Below the pieces are notes generated by a model. The model ran no database searches, was not told where the DNA came from, and saw nothing but the letters and a program-made list of their open reading frames with translations. 64,000 nucleotides of DNA, from assembly GCA_964651965.1 (NCBI GenBank), contig CAZYZS010000002.1, positions 17,164-81,163 on the forward strand, in the 5' to 3' direction. Source of the DNA: Candidatus Woesearchaeota archaeon. GTDB taxonomy: Archaea; Nanobdellota; Nanobdellia; Pacearchaeales; GW2011-AR1. Each line of letters opens with the position of its first letter. Position 1 is the first letter of the stretch. This document shows, piece after piece, positions 46,721 to 56,928 of this stretch. The translations under genes were made by a program, and so were the position numbers.

Positions 46721-47431
46721 ATGGGCATTACTCCAATCACCTTTAAATTTGAGAGAGAACTTTTTGAGTCTTTAAATATTAATTATAAAGGTCTAGAGTT
46801 GTGCGAGTTAGGTAATCAGAGATTGGCATTTAAAAAAATGACTGGAAAGCAGTACTACACTTCGTTAGGTGTTAAACATACTTCTATAGATTTAAACAAT
46901 AAAGATGGCGCTTTACCATTAAACTTAGATTTGCCATTGCCTTCAAGTTTTCTTAATAAGTTTAAAGTAGTTACTGATTATGGAACGAGCGAACATGTAA
47001 ATAATCAGCACTCTGTTTTTAAAAATGTCCATGATATATGCAAAGATAAAGGAATTATGATACATGTTCTTCCTTCTATAAATTCGCCGCAAGGCAGAAG
47101 CGAGAGGTATTATTATTCAAAAGAGTTTATGAGAGAGCTGGCTAGAAAATGCAAATATGAAATACTTAACCTAGAAACCTATAAGGAAGCTCCCGAGTCT
47201 CAAAATTCAAGCGAGGCCATTCGCGCGGTTTTTATGAAGACAAGAGGGGGCCCTTTTATTTCCAAAAAGGAGTTTTATAGCATAAAAGGACTTAAAGACA
47301 GCGGCAACATGCTGTATACTGGGAATTACGAGAAGAAGCTCCTTCCATGGGTTATCTGGTATGTTAGAGTATTAAAAAATCCGCGGAACATAAAAAGAAA
47401 ACTTTCGAGTATATTTTTTAAGAATAAATAA
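46721..47431 (+). CDS. Methyltransferase-like protein
   Basis: CELGNQ, SIDLN, DYGTSEHV. Confidence 0.75.
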   Translation: MGITPITFKFERELFESLNINYKGLELCELGNQRLAFKKMTGKQYYTSLGVKHTSIDLNNKDGALPLNLDLPLPSSFLNKFKVVTDYGTSEHVNNQHSVFKNVHDICKDKGIMIHVLPSINSPQGRSERYYYSKEFMRELARKCKYEILNLETYKEAPESQNSSEAIRAVFMKTRGGPFISKKEFYSIKGLKDSGNMLYTGNYEKKLLPWVIWYVRVLKNPRNIKRKLSSIFFKNK

Positions 47432-47434
47432 GCA

Positions 47435-47926
47435 CTATTTAATAACTCTTAATTGGGCGTCTACTTTGGATATAAGCCCCCCTATAAACAAGGATAATTT
47501 TTCCCTCATGCTTTTCGGCAGGAATTTTCCTATCTTGGTAGGTCTAAGAACAATCTTTACAACCTCAAATTTTCTTTTTTTATGTATCAAGTAAGGTTCT
47601 TTAGCAAAATTTATGAAAGCGACTTCTGAAAAATAATGCAAATGAGTCAGGTCATCGTACGCCCCTTTATTATTATAATGCGGAACAACTATCTGAATTA
47701 TTGCGTTTTTCTTGCATGCTTTCCATAATTCAAAAAGGACCCCTTCTGGTTTTTCCAAATGCTCTAGAACATTGTCTATATAAACAAAATCGTAGTAATT
47801 TTCTTTAAGGGGGTATGGGAATTTATTAAAGTCAAAATTTTTATTAATCTTCTCGCTTTTTTGTAGGTCTACATTATCCCATCCTTCCTTTATATCTTCT
47901 CCACATCCAAAATTAAGCTTGTTCAT
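47435..47926 (-). CDS. SAM-dependent methyltransferase (paralog of 43491)
   Basis: LNFGCG, NVLEHL, DLTH. Confidence 0.88.
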   Translation of the reverse strand: MNKLNFGCGEDIKEGWDNVDLQKSEKINKNFDFNKFPYPLKENYYDFVYIDNVLEHLEKPEGVLFELWKACKKNAIIQIVVPHYNNKGAYDDLTHLHYFSEVAFINFAKEPYLIHKKRKFEVVKIVLRPTKIGKFLPKSMREKLSLFIGGLISKVDAQLRVIK

Positions 47927-48068
47927 TAAAGTCCTTAAATTTAATCATTTTATAAAAATAGTTGTTTTAAGAAATAACTTTCATAGTTCCATTTAAAAGC
48001 TTTATGTAACTAAAATCAGTACAAGAATACAGAAATCTTTTTAAACAAATCTTTTTATTACTTTATTA

Positions 48069-48860
48069 ATGGCTCATAAAGTAAAAGTTAGTTTAATCTT
48101 GCCGCTGTATAACAGCGAGATATTCATAGACGAATGTCTAGAAGCAGTAGAAAGTCAGACTTTTAAGGATTTTGAACTTATTATAATTGATGACTGTTCC
48201 AAGGATAAAACCCTAGAAATTTTAGATAAAAAGGGATATAAATATCACAAGCACACAACCAATCAGGGATTCACAAAAACCGTAAATGAGGGGCTTAAAA
48301 TGGCGAAAGGCGAGTATATAGTGCTGGCAGACCATGATTTGATCTTAGAAAAAGACTATCTTGCAAAGTTACTGGAGGTAAATAGAGACATAGTCTCATC
48401 TCGCCTTTATTATTATAAGCAGAAAGACAAAATAAGAGCATTAAATATAAAGATAAATCTACTTACAGGAAAAACTGCAGTTCTTGGAAGAGACGAGATA
48501 GATAAAGGGCAGTTCAGCAATCTTGGGAAACTAGACTCCATGGGGGCTGCTTGTTTACTGGTCAAGAAGACCGTTTATGATAAAATCGGCTTGTTTGATG
48601 AGGGCTTTCTTCATTTTTATGTCGACACAGATTTTTGTTTCAGAGCAAAGAAAGCAGGTTATGAGATTTTCTCTTCTCAGGCAAAATCCTGGCATAAGAA
48701 AGAAGAGCACGAAGTTTTCAGCAAAAAACTATTGGATAAATATTATCACGATAAGAAATTATTCCTAAAAAAACACTCCCCCTATTACCCCATTTCTTTA
48801 ATTCCCACAGCTGCAAAACATTTATTGCAATCGCGTACAATAGGCCAACAAGCTATTTAA
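48069..48860 (+). CDS. Glycosyltransferase family 2
   Basis: LPLYN, IIDDCSKD, DHD, YVDTDFC. Confidence 0.92.
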   Translation: MAHKVKVSLILPLYNSEIFIDECLEAVESQTFKDFELIIIDDCSKDKTLEILDKKGYKYHKHTTNQGFTKTVNEGLKMAKGEYIVLADHDLILEKDYLAKLLEVNRDIVSSRLYYYKQKDKIRALNIKINLLTGKTAVLGRDEIDKGQFSNLGKLDSMGAACLLVKKTVYDKIGLFDEGFLHFYVDTDFCFRAKKAGYEIFSSQAKSWHKKEEHEVFSKKLLDKYYHDKKLFLKKHSPYYPISLIPTAAKHLLQSRTIGQQAI

Positions 48861-49936
48861 CCTTTCCAATTCTTAATTTTCTCGATGATATAATCGACTT
48901 CTTCATCAGTTAATGCATGATGGAGGGGAAGATTAACAAGAGTTTTGTCTAGCTTTTCTAGATTAACTAAATCTTTTTTAGGGCCGCCAAAAACAGAATA
49001 GGCATCATTTCTTCTGTTATGGACAGCAACCATTATCCCGTTAGCTTTCATATACTCTATAAATTTTTCTCTGTTTAGAACATGAACTGCAAACATCCAG
49101 TTTGAATTTATTCGGTCTTTTGCACTCTCTAAAAGAGTAACATTTTTGGCATTTTGTAAACCTGCACGATATCTTTCCACAATTTTCTTTCTTCTTTCAA
49201 ATACGCTATCAAAATATTTCAATTGTTCAATTCCGATAGTGGCTGCAATATCGTTCATATGGTACTTAAATCCGGCTTCAGTAATGTCTGCATCCCTTTT
49301 TTTTCTGTCTATTCCATACCATCTCCTCCGTATTGCTTCTTCATACTTTTCATTATTCGGTATAGCGAGCATGCCGCCGTCTCCGGTAGTTATATGTTTT
49401 ATAGCCTGGAATGAAAAGCAAGTGTACTCTGATATGTTTCCTATTTGTTTGCCTTTGTATTTAGCGCCCAGAGCTTCACAAGCATCTTCAATTACTGGAA
49501 TATTGTATTTTTCAGCTATTTCATGAATTTCATCCATGTCACAAGGATATCCTCCCCAATGAACACATACAATGCCCTTGGTTTTAGGGGTAATCTTTTT
49601 TTTGATACTTTCAGGGCTTATATTGGCTGTTTCGTATTGCACATCTGCAAATACAGGTTCTGCAAATTGTTCAAGTATGGCCGTATTTGTAGCTACTGCA
49701 GTATATGGAGTAGAGATAACCTCATCTCCAGGCTTCACTCCGCATAAAACCAAAGCTAATCTTAAAGCAGACGTACCTGTATTAAGCGAAACGACATTTT
49801 TTACATTAAATTTTTCAGAAAAATTATTTTCAAATTCATCAACTTTCTTGCCCTGCCCAATATAGCCCGAAAATAGAGTCTTTAATAGCTCATCTTTGAC
49901 AGAAGGGGGCATATGTACTTTAAATGTTTCTATCAT
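48857..49936 (-). CDS. DegT/DnrJ/EryC1/StrS sugar aminotransferase
   Basis: NTGTSAL, VHWGG, IEDACEALG, SFQAIKHITTGDGG. Confidence 0.95.
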   Translation of the reverse strand: MIETFKVHMPPSVKDELLKTLFSGYIGQGKKVDEFENNFSEKFNVKNVVSLNTGTSALRLALVLCGVKPGDEVISTPYTAVATNTAILEQFAEPVFADVQYETANISPESIKKKITPKTKGIVCVHWGGYPCDMDEIHEIAEKYNIPVIEDACEALGAKYKGKQIGNISEYTCFSFQAIKHITTGDGGMLAIPNNEKYEEAIRRRWYGIDRKKRDADITEAGFKYHMNDIAATIGIEQLKYFDSVFERRKKIVERYRAGLQNAKNVTLLESAKDRINSNWMFAVHVLNREKFIEYMKANGIMVAVHNRRNDAYSVFGGPKKDLVNLEKLDKTLVNLPLHHALTDEEVDYIIEKIKNWKG

Positions 49937-49939
49937 TCT

Positions 49940-50473
49940 TTATTTTGCCCCCTCTTCAATCCTAGCTTTGCCATACCATTCTTCGCGCAGCACAGACATC
50001 ACAATAGAGCCGATATATTTTCCTTTTTTCAAAACTTCTTCTCTCTTCACTCCTTCTTCTACAAATCCTAATTTTTTATACAGATGCATTGCCCTGGCGT
50101 TTGTTTCAAGGACCTCCAAAGTTATTTTATGCAGTTCGTATCTTTCAAATAGGAATGGGATAAATAATAGATATGCTCCATAGGCAAGCCCCTTTCCTCT
50201 CCAGTTTTTATGCAAGTCAGCTCCAACATAAATATTTCCATTTACCTTTGAATAATTGGAAAGCCTAAAATAGCCAATCATTTGGTCATTTAAGGTAATT
50301 GCCCAGAAATCAGGTTTAGTTGTTCTAAACCATTCTAAGCTTTGTTCAACAGTAAATGTTCTGGAATCATGTAAATACGCTTCTGCGCACTCGTTTCTAA
50401 TTTCATTTAATAAAGGTATATCTGATTCAGTTAAAGGTCTGAACCAAAGTTTTCCTTTTTCTGCATTTTTCAT
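49940..50473 (-). CDS. GNAT N-acetyltransferase (PseH/RimJ-like)
   Basis: WRGKGLA, LEVLETNARA..LYKKLGF..EG. Confidence 0.9.
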   Translation of the reverse strand: MKNAEKGKLWFRPLTESDIPLLNEIRNECAEAYLHDSRTFTVEQSLEWFRTTKPDFWAITLNDQMIGYFRLSNYSKVNGNIYVGADLHKNWRGKGLAYGAYLLFIPFLFERYELHKITLEVLETNARAMHLYKKLGFVEEGVKREEVLKKGKYIGSIVMSVLREEWYGKARIEEGAK

Positions 50474-50502
50474 TTTAAGTTAGTAATTAAATAGAGGTTT
50501 AA

Positions 50503-51513
50503 CTATAAAAATTCTTCGTGTTTAATAGCCTTAGAGTGATATTCAAGTTCTCTGTTAAGATCGTCATTCCTGCAGAAATATGGGCAGTCTTTAAAATCTA
50601 TGCTGTTGAATACCTCAATTATTCTTGAAGAATTCATTATCTCTTTTATTGAGTTTTTATTCAAATCTCCTATACAATATTTCGGGTTCTGTCTTTGATT
50701 AGCGCACGGATAAAACTTGAAATCCGCAGTTACGACTGCATTGAAGAACAGCCCCCAGCATTTTGTATAAGGTCTTTTATCCTCGTCTTTAAAATATTGG
50801 TACTTGTGATAAGAAGAAACCACCTTAAAATTTTCATCTTCGTACAATTCCTTGCCTTTCTGAAGTTCTTCACTAACATCTGTCTCATCGTATAAAAATG
50901 GTTTAAGTTGCCCATAGTCCAGTCCGCATTCTTTGCACAGCTTAAAAAAATTTAAAATATCTGGTTTTGTAATTTCGCCAGTAAGAAAACTGGCCCCGTA
51001 AGAAACATCTTTACCAGATTCCTTTTTAAGTCTTGAAAACATTCTCATATTTCCCATAACTTTTTCAAAAGCTTCTTTACTCATCCCATGAGTCTTCTTG
51101 TACCCTTCAGGGCTTCCTGCATCAAGGCTGATTCTAAAAAATGAGCAACAATCAATAATTGCTTTTGCTTTTTCTTCATTAAGGCTAAGACCATTTGAGT
51201 ATACACCTACCCTCAATCCTTTGCTTTTTATGTAGTACAATATCCCTATAAAATCTGGGTGAAGCAAGGGCTCTCCCCCTCCTGCAAGTATTATAGACTT
51301 GCCATCAGCCTCAACAAATTCGTCGATAAATTTTTTTAATTGTTCCATTGTGAGCGAAACAGGGTTTTCTCTCTTTCCAGTACATTTTGGGCAGTTGTTA
51401 TCGCAAACGTTTGTTAAATCAAGTTCAACAGAAACTAAAGTTTTATGCTTATTAAAAAAATAACCCAGTTTATGGTGATATTTCATTATCTTTTTAGAGC
51501 CTCTAAATTCCAT
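50503..51513 (-). CDS. Radical SAM/SPASM protein
   Basis: CDNNCPKC, GGGEPLLHP, C-terminal Cys cluster. Confidence 0.92.
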   Translation of the reverse strand: MEFRGSKKIMKYHHKLGYFFNKHKTLVSVELDLTNVCDNNCPKCTGKRENPVSLTMEQLKKFIDEFVEADGKSIILAGGGEPLLHPDFIGILYYIKSKGLRVGVYSNGLSLNEEKAKAIIDCCSFFRISLDAGSPEGYKKTHGMSKEAFEKVMGNMRMFSRLKKESGKDVSYGASFLTGEITKPDILNFFKLCKECGLDYGQLKPFLYDETDVSEELQKGKELYEDENFKVVSSYHKYQYFKDEDKRPYTKCWGLFFNAVVTADFKFYPCANQRQNPKYCIGDLNKNSIKEIMNSSRIIEVFNSIDFKDCPYFCRNDDLNRELEYHSKAIKHEEFL

Positions 51514-51816
51514 TTTTTAAAACTTGGGGGTTATATCTCGCAATCTGTAGTTAAAGTCCAGATTCTTTTTAAGCAAGAAGCGACCTTTCCTTTTTTAATT
51601 TATGATTAATAAATAAATTTATTAACATTTTCTTTTCAGAAATATTTGGTATATAAACCTTATCTATCTCAGATATAGATTAATTAAAATATATTCTCAT
51701 AAAATAAGTATCCATCTTACAAAAAGTTTAAATAGGGCTTGCCTGCTCTAATAATATCGACTTAAATTGCGTCTAAAAAAAGATTGTTTGGCTAAAGAAT
51801 CAGTTATGGAGGGTGA

Positions 51817-53511
51817 ATTAAAATCACATATGTACTTGGAATAACGCCTATTTTGGGAGAAAATCCTGGAGCAGCATTGATAAAAGATGGAGTTCTTTTG
51901 GCTGCTGTCGAAGAAGAAAGATTTAATAGGGTTAAACATAGCAAGGGCTTTCCCTTTCCTGAGAAGAGTATAGAATATTGTCTCAGCTGTGCTAAAATAA
52001 CCTTAAATGAGGTCGATAGCATTGGCGTAGGCTGGGCTTCTCCAGCACAGCATTTTAAAAGGGAACTACTTTTAGCATTAAGAAGACCGATACTGTTGCC
52101 GAATTATAAAAATTGGACCAGCTCCTACAAAAAAGAAAAGCAGTGCCCCCTTTTTAAGGATAAGAGGATTTCCTATCATCTCCACCACCTCTCTCATGCG
52201 TCCTCTGCTTTTCATCTTTCCGGGTTTAAAGAAGCAAATATTATTACAATGGATGGAAGAGGAGAATCTAGTTCAACTTTGCTGGGGGCAGGACTAGGCG
52301 CCAAAGACATAACCGTATTTAAGGAATTTAGTTTGTTAAATAGTATCGGGGCGCTGTACGAGAGCTTTACAGATTATCTCGGTTTTACAAGACATTCTCA
52401 TGAAGGAAAGGTAATGGGGCTAGCTTCCTATGGAACCCCCCTCAAGTATAACAATATACTAATTATGAAAAAAAATGGATATTCTTTAGAAACTTTTCAG
52501 AGATATCTAAGCATGCTTAATGGGATAAAAAGAAAATTAATGGGCAAAAAAGTTGATTCTCTTAAAGAGCTTCTAAAGGCGAACTACGGCCCGCCAAGAG
52601 GGAAAGAGGACCAAATTTTAAAGAGACATCAGGATATTGCAGCAACTGTACAATTCATCCAGGAGAAAGTAGTCCAGCACCTTGCAGAAATACTCTATGA
52701 CAAGACAGGAGTAAAGAATTTCTGTTTAGCGGGGGGTTCTTCTTTAAATTGCGTGAGCAATGGAAAATTGCTCGAGAATGATTTTGTCCAGGATATTTTT
52801 GTCCAGCCAGCTTCTTCAGACTCGGGTACTGCTATTGGGGCAGCATATTTGGAATGGATAAAGCTTACAGGCGAGCCAAGCAGTTTTAAGATGGAGCATG
52901 CCTACTGGGGCCCGGAATTTTCTAACGAAGAGATACTGGCTGAGCTGAAGAAGACCAAGTTGAAATATAAGTTCTATAAAGACATTCCGGGGGTTGCTGC
53001 CGAGAAAGTGGCGAAAGGAAAGATAATTGGGTGGTTTCAAGGAAGGATGGAAATTGGTCCTAGGGCGTTAGGGAATCGCAGCATTTTAGCAAATCCTACT
53101 GATAAAAAAATGAAAGATAAGGTAAATCTGCAGGTTAAGCACAGAGAAAATTGGAGACCTTTTTGTCCAAGCTTGTTGAATGAATCAAGAAAAGATTACT
53201 TTGAGATGGACTACCCAAGTCCTTTTATGATTCTTAGCTTCAAAGTAAAAGAAGAAATGTGGGATGAAGTGCCTTCTGTGATACATGTAGATAAAACTGC
53301 TAGGCCGCAAACAGTTGAAAAAAAGCATAATCTAAGATATTACGATTTGATAAAGAACTTGGGTGGTTTGACCGGGCACCCCATAGTTTTAAACACCTCT
53401 TTTAACGATAAAGAAGAACCCTTAGTGTGTTCTCCTAAAGATGCTGTTAGCTGTTTTAAACGGACAAATCTTGATTATCTTGCAATCGGGAATTATTTAG
53501 TTGAAAATTAG
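51817..53511 (+). CDS. NodU/CmcH carbamoyltransferase
   Basis: YVLGI, EEERFNRVKH, HHLSHA, DGRGE, GPRALGNRS, LNTSFN; the in-frame N-terminus lacks an ATG, start uncertain. Confidence 0.92.
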   Translation: MKITYVLGITPILGENPGAALIKDGVLLAAVEEERFNRVKHSKGFPFPEKSIEYCLSCAKITLNEVDSIGVGWASPAQHFKRELLLALRRPILLPNYKNWTSSYKKEKQCPLFKDKRISYHLHHLSHASSAFHLSGFKEANIITMDGRGESSSTLLGAGLGAKDITVFKEFSLLNSIGALYESFTDYLGFTRHSHEGKVMGLASYGTPLKYNNILIMKKNGYSLETFQRYLSMLNGIKRKLMGKKVDSLKELLKANYGPPRGKEDQILKRHQDIAATVQFIQEKVVQHLAEILYDKTGVKNFCLAGGSSLNCVSNGKLLENDFVQDIFVQPASSDSGTAIGAAYLEWIKLTGEPSSFKMEHAYWGPEFSNEEILAELKKTKLKYKFYKDIPGVAAEKVAKGKIIGWFQGRMEIGPRALGNRSILANPTDKKMKDKVNLQVKHRENWRPFCPSLLNESRKDYFEMDYPSPFMILSFKVKEEMWDEVPSVIHVDKTARPQTVEKKHNLRYYDLIKNLGGLTGHPIVLNTSFNDKEEPLVCSPKDAVSCFKRTNLDYLAIGNYLVEN

Positions 53512-53525
53512 TTTAGAGTTTAATA

Positions 53526-54164
53526 ATGGAAAAAAAACATGACGATATTGTTATGCGGAACGTAGCTAAAGAAATAAGTAGATTAAAAGGAGAGCTTTCT
53601 TTATTGGATGTTGGCAGCGATGAGGAACACCTAAGAGAATTATTGCCAAAAAATATAAACTATTTTAGTTTAGATTACAAAGGCGATAGGGATTATATAA
53701 GAGATCTTGACAAATTGCCTCTAAAAATAAATAAAAAATTTGATATCATAGTAGCTTTAGAGGTTTTGGAACATACTCTAAGGCCCAATGAAGTTATGAA
53801 GGAGCTTTTGAAACTTTCTAAGCCAAACACTCTTTTTTTCTTGTCTATGCCTAATGAGTATAATTTTTATTGTAGACTCAATTTCTTAATGGGCAGGAAG
53901 ACTTCGGTTCAGGAGCCTTTTAAGCTAGTAGAAAAGCATTTGCATCTGCATCAACCAAGGGCAAAGGACGTGACAATTTTTTTCTCTCAATATATAGATA
54001 TCCAAAAGGTTTTTTACTGTTGGTATTCAAGAAAATCTGAACATGGTAAGGGGATAAAGAAAAGCTTATTTATAAATTTGGACAAGGTTATTAATAAATT
54101 ATCAGAATTAAAGCCGTCTTTATTTACTCGCAATGTAATGGTCATGGGTACAAGGAAACTTTAG
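53526..54164 (+). CDS. SAM-dependent methyltransferase
   Basis: LLDVGS, FDIIVALEVLEH, SMPN. Confidence 0.85.
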   Translation: MEKKHDDIVMRNVAKEISRLKGELSLLDVGSDEEHLRELLPKNINYFSLDYKGDRDYIRDLDKLPLKINKKFDIIVALEVLEHTLRPNEVMKELLKLSKPNTLFFLSMPNEYNFYCRLNFLMGRKTSVQEPFKLVEKHLHLHQPRAKDVTIFFSQYIDIQKVFYCWYSRKSEHGKGIKKSLFINLDKVINKLSELKPSLFTRNVMVMGTRKL

Positions 54165-54171
54165 AACCAAA

Positions 54172-55260
54172 ATGAAAGTGAGTATTGTTAAATGCAGCTC
54201 CTATGAAAATAAGGAATTAAAAGAAGCACTTGAAAAAAGCCTGAAAAATCTTAATTTTATTTTTAAAAAGAATATGAAGGTTTTAATAAAACCGAACATT
54301 TTAGCTCCGTACCCCCCAGAAAAAGCAATAACAACTAATCCTTTAGTAATAGAGGAGTTATGTAAAATATTAAAAAAATATAATGCGGATATTTACATTG
54401 GAGAAAGCTCTAGTTACGAGACCAAAAAAGGTTTTGAAGTTTCTGGTATTGGGAAACTCGAAAAATATGCTAAGATAATAAATTTTGAGACTCAAGACAA
54501 GCGGTTATTCAAGTTTAAAAGTGTCAAGGAAGTGTCTCTTCCGAAAATTATTTTTGAGATGGATTTAATAATTAATGTTTCAAAATTAAAGACCCATGCA
54601 TTTACAGGAGCTACGTTATGTGTAAAAAACTTATACGGTTGCATTCCGGGAATGGCTAAATCTTATTATCATAGAGTCTTTCCTTCTTTAGAATCATTTT
54701 CAAAATTTCTTCTTGAGCTACATGAAAAAATCAAACCCGGGTTGAATATTATAGATGGGGTTATTGGGATGGAGGGGATGGGGCCCGCACTACAAGGAAA
54801 GCCCATCAGAAGCAATATAATTATGGCAGGAGATAATGCAATAGCAACAGATATAATCGGATCAGAGATTATGGGTTTCGAAACAGATAGTATCTACACA
54901 AACAGGTTCTCAGGAATAAAAAGGAATGAGATAAATGTTATAGGTAAAGTCCCTTTACTTAATTTTAAGAAGCCTCCGATGTCTCTATTTTTTAAATCCC
55001 CTATTCTTCACTCTCTAGAAAAATTATTCCCTAAATCAAGAATAATCTTTGACTATAATAAGTGTAAGAAATGTCATTTGTGCGAGAAAAAATGCCCAGT
55101 ACAAGCAATAAAACTCAGCCCATTTCCTAAATGCGACTATAACAGATGCATAAGATGTGCCTGCTGTATCGAAGTATGCCCCCAAAAAGCAATAACTCTT
55201 AAAGAACACTGGACTAAAGCTTGTTCTAGAAAAATATTTAGAAAATTCTTTAAATCATAG
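54172..55260 (+). CDS. DUF362 protein with 2x[4Fe-4S] domain
   Basis: VLIKPN, KLKTH, KNLYG, CKKCHLCEKKCP, CIRCACCIEVCP. Confidence 0.9.
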   Translation: MKVSIVKCSSYENKELKEALEKSLKNLNFIFKKNMKVLIKPNILAPYPPEKAITTNPLVIEELCKILKKYNADIYIGESSSYETKKGFEVSGIGKLEKYAKIINFETQDKRLFKFKSVKEVSLPKIIFEMDLIINVSKLKTHAFTGATLCVKNLYGCIPGMAKSYYHRVFPSLESFSKFLLELHEKIKPGLNIIDGVIGMEGMGPALQGKPIRSNIIMAGDNAIATDIIGSEIMGFETDSIYTNRFSGIKRNEINVIGKVPLLNFKKPPMSLFFKSPILHSLEKLFPKSRIIFDYNKCKKCHLCEKKCPVQAIKLSPFPKCDYNRCIRCACCIEVCPQKAITLKEHWTKACSRKIFRKFFKS

Positions 55261-56181
55261 ACTGCCTTTTTCTATTAATACTTTCTTTGCATAATCTGCC
55301 TTTTTATTTTGATAGTCTACTTTAAGATTTTTTTTAAAAGTGTGGATTATTCTCTTCTTGAACCCTTTTGGGATTTTCCTGTCTGGATAAGCGTAATTAG
55401 GCGGATAAACATGAAAAAGATGCTTATGGTTTATGAAATATTTGTTTAAGTAAGACTCATCAAATATCTTGGATACTACGTTATTTTTTAAATCACTTTC
55501 TATGTTCCTGTACATCTCCTTAGCCATTTTTATTACGTAATCTGTTTTGCCCCCCCAAAAGCAGCATTGGATGTATTCAGATAAATCTTCTCCAGGGATT
55601 ACTGCCGCTTTCGAATTGGGATTGGTTTCAAAAGAGCCTTGTTTGCTTAAAAAATTAGGGTGCCTGACTCCAAATAATGGTTTATCGTGATAAAAAAAAT
55701 CTTCTGAATTTAGCTGTTGTGGCACAACAATGTCCGCATCTATTTTCATTACATAGTCGAAATTTTTTAAATCTTTTATATTGGGGATATCTTTTAGATA
55801 CTTGAGTAACGCATAGAGCTTCTCATCAGGTATCTTTACCCGTTCAGTATCCTTGCCCAATTTAAATTCCTTATCTGTAAATATAAAGAATTTTTTAGGT
55901 ATCTCTGGAAGAAAGTTCTTTTTTATGTTATTATAGAAGTCTTCAAAATAATTAAAATAAATCCCGGTCCCTACAAAGAGTATCGCTATTGATTTTGGAA
56001 ACTGCACCTGCCTTTTTTTTATTTTTTTATCTTTTTTTAGAATTATTATCATAGCCCTTCGGTTTTCAAGATACTTGATGTGCTGCTTAATCCAGTGAGG
56101 AAAAGGCCGCTTGCTGGTTTTATTAATTGCTTCAATCCTGAGAAGCTTTTCCTTTAACCTTTTAAAAGTCATTTTAATCAA
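55255..56181 (-). CDS. Glycosyltransferase family 6-like
   Basis: ILFVGTGIY, FTD, DAD, HP, FETNP.S.A, FWGG, DESYLNKYF. Confidence 0.8.
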   Translation of the reverse strand: MIKMTFKRLKEKLLRIEAINKTSKRPFPHWIKQHIKYLENRRAMIIILKKDKKIKKRQVQFPKSIAILFVGTGIYFNYFEDFYNNIKKNFLPEIPKKFFIFTDKEFKLGKDTERVKIPDEKLYALLKYLKDIPNIKDLKNFDYVMKIDADIVVPQQLNSEDFFYHDKPLFGVRHPNFLSKQGSFETNPNSKAAVIPGEDLSEYIQCCFWGGKTDYVIKMAKEMYRNIESDLKNNVVSKIFDESYLNKYFINHKHLFHVYPPNYAYPDRKIPKGFKKRIIHTFKKNLKVDYQNKKADYAKKVLIEKGSL

Positions 56182-56818
56182 TCCTTTTAGCTCTTATAAT
56201 TATCTGTCTCCCAATCCTGTGCTTTAAAAATCTTATTTTTTCTATTTTAAAACCTTCTTGTCCGAGTATTCTTTTTAACTCTCGAAGAGAGTATTGGTAT
56301 ATTTTATATCCAGTAATCCTTGTTATCCTTTGATAAAAATAAGCAACTATCTTCCTTATCAGATTCTTCTCTTCAGCATCAAAAATAAGATAGCCCTGTT
56401 TTTTGAGAACTCTTCTTGCTTGTCTTATCGCTCTTCTTAAGTCTTTTTCCTGAAGATGATTCCATACCCTCATCGTTACAACTTTATCAAAGCTTTCAGG
56501 CTTAGACTTAAGGTTGAACATATCTCCAGGTATGCATTTAGCTTTTGGATTTTTCTTGCTCGCTATTTCAAGCATGCCTTCAGAGGTATCTATTGCAGTA
56601 ACTTCCCCAAGGTACTCTGTTAAAAAGCCGCTGCTGCATCCTAGCTCAAGAACCTTTTCTTTGTCTTTTTTATCAATAAGTTCTAGAAAATACTTTAATT
56701 CCAATACCCTTTTTCTTCTTCTATATTCACTTTTTTGCCTCTGTGCGTCGTAGGTGCCCGTTACTCGCTTTTGTTGATAGTACTCCTTAAATTTATCAGT
56801 ATCGCTTTTAACATTCAT
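56174..56818 (-). CDS. SAM-dependent methyltransferase
   Basis: VLELGCSSG, IDTSEGML. Confidence 0.88.
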   Translation of the reverse strand: MNVKSDTDKFKEYYQQKRVTGTYDAQRQKSEYRRRKRVLELKYFLELIDKKDKEKVLELGCSSGFLTEYLGEVTAIDTSEGMLEIASKKNPKAKCIPGDMFNLKSKPESFDKVVTMRVWNHLQEKDLRRAIRQARRVLKKQGYLIFDAEEKNLIRKIVAYFYQRITRITGYKIYQYSLRELKRILGQEGFKIEKIRFLKHRIGRQIIIRAKRID

Positions 56819-56928
56819 AATTTCTAGTGTACTAAACTGCTTTTAAAGATTTATGTATTAAGAGTATATAAAAATCCTGAAAATAGAGTATAAAAGTCTT
56901 TATAAACAGCCAAGATATCTTGTTTTTT

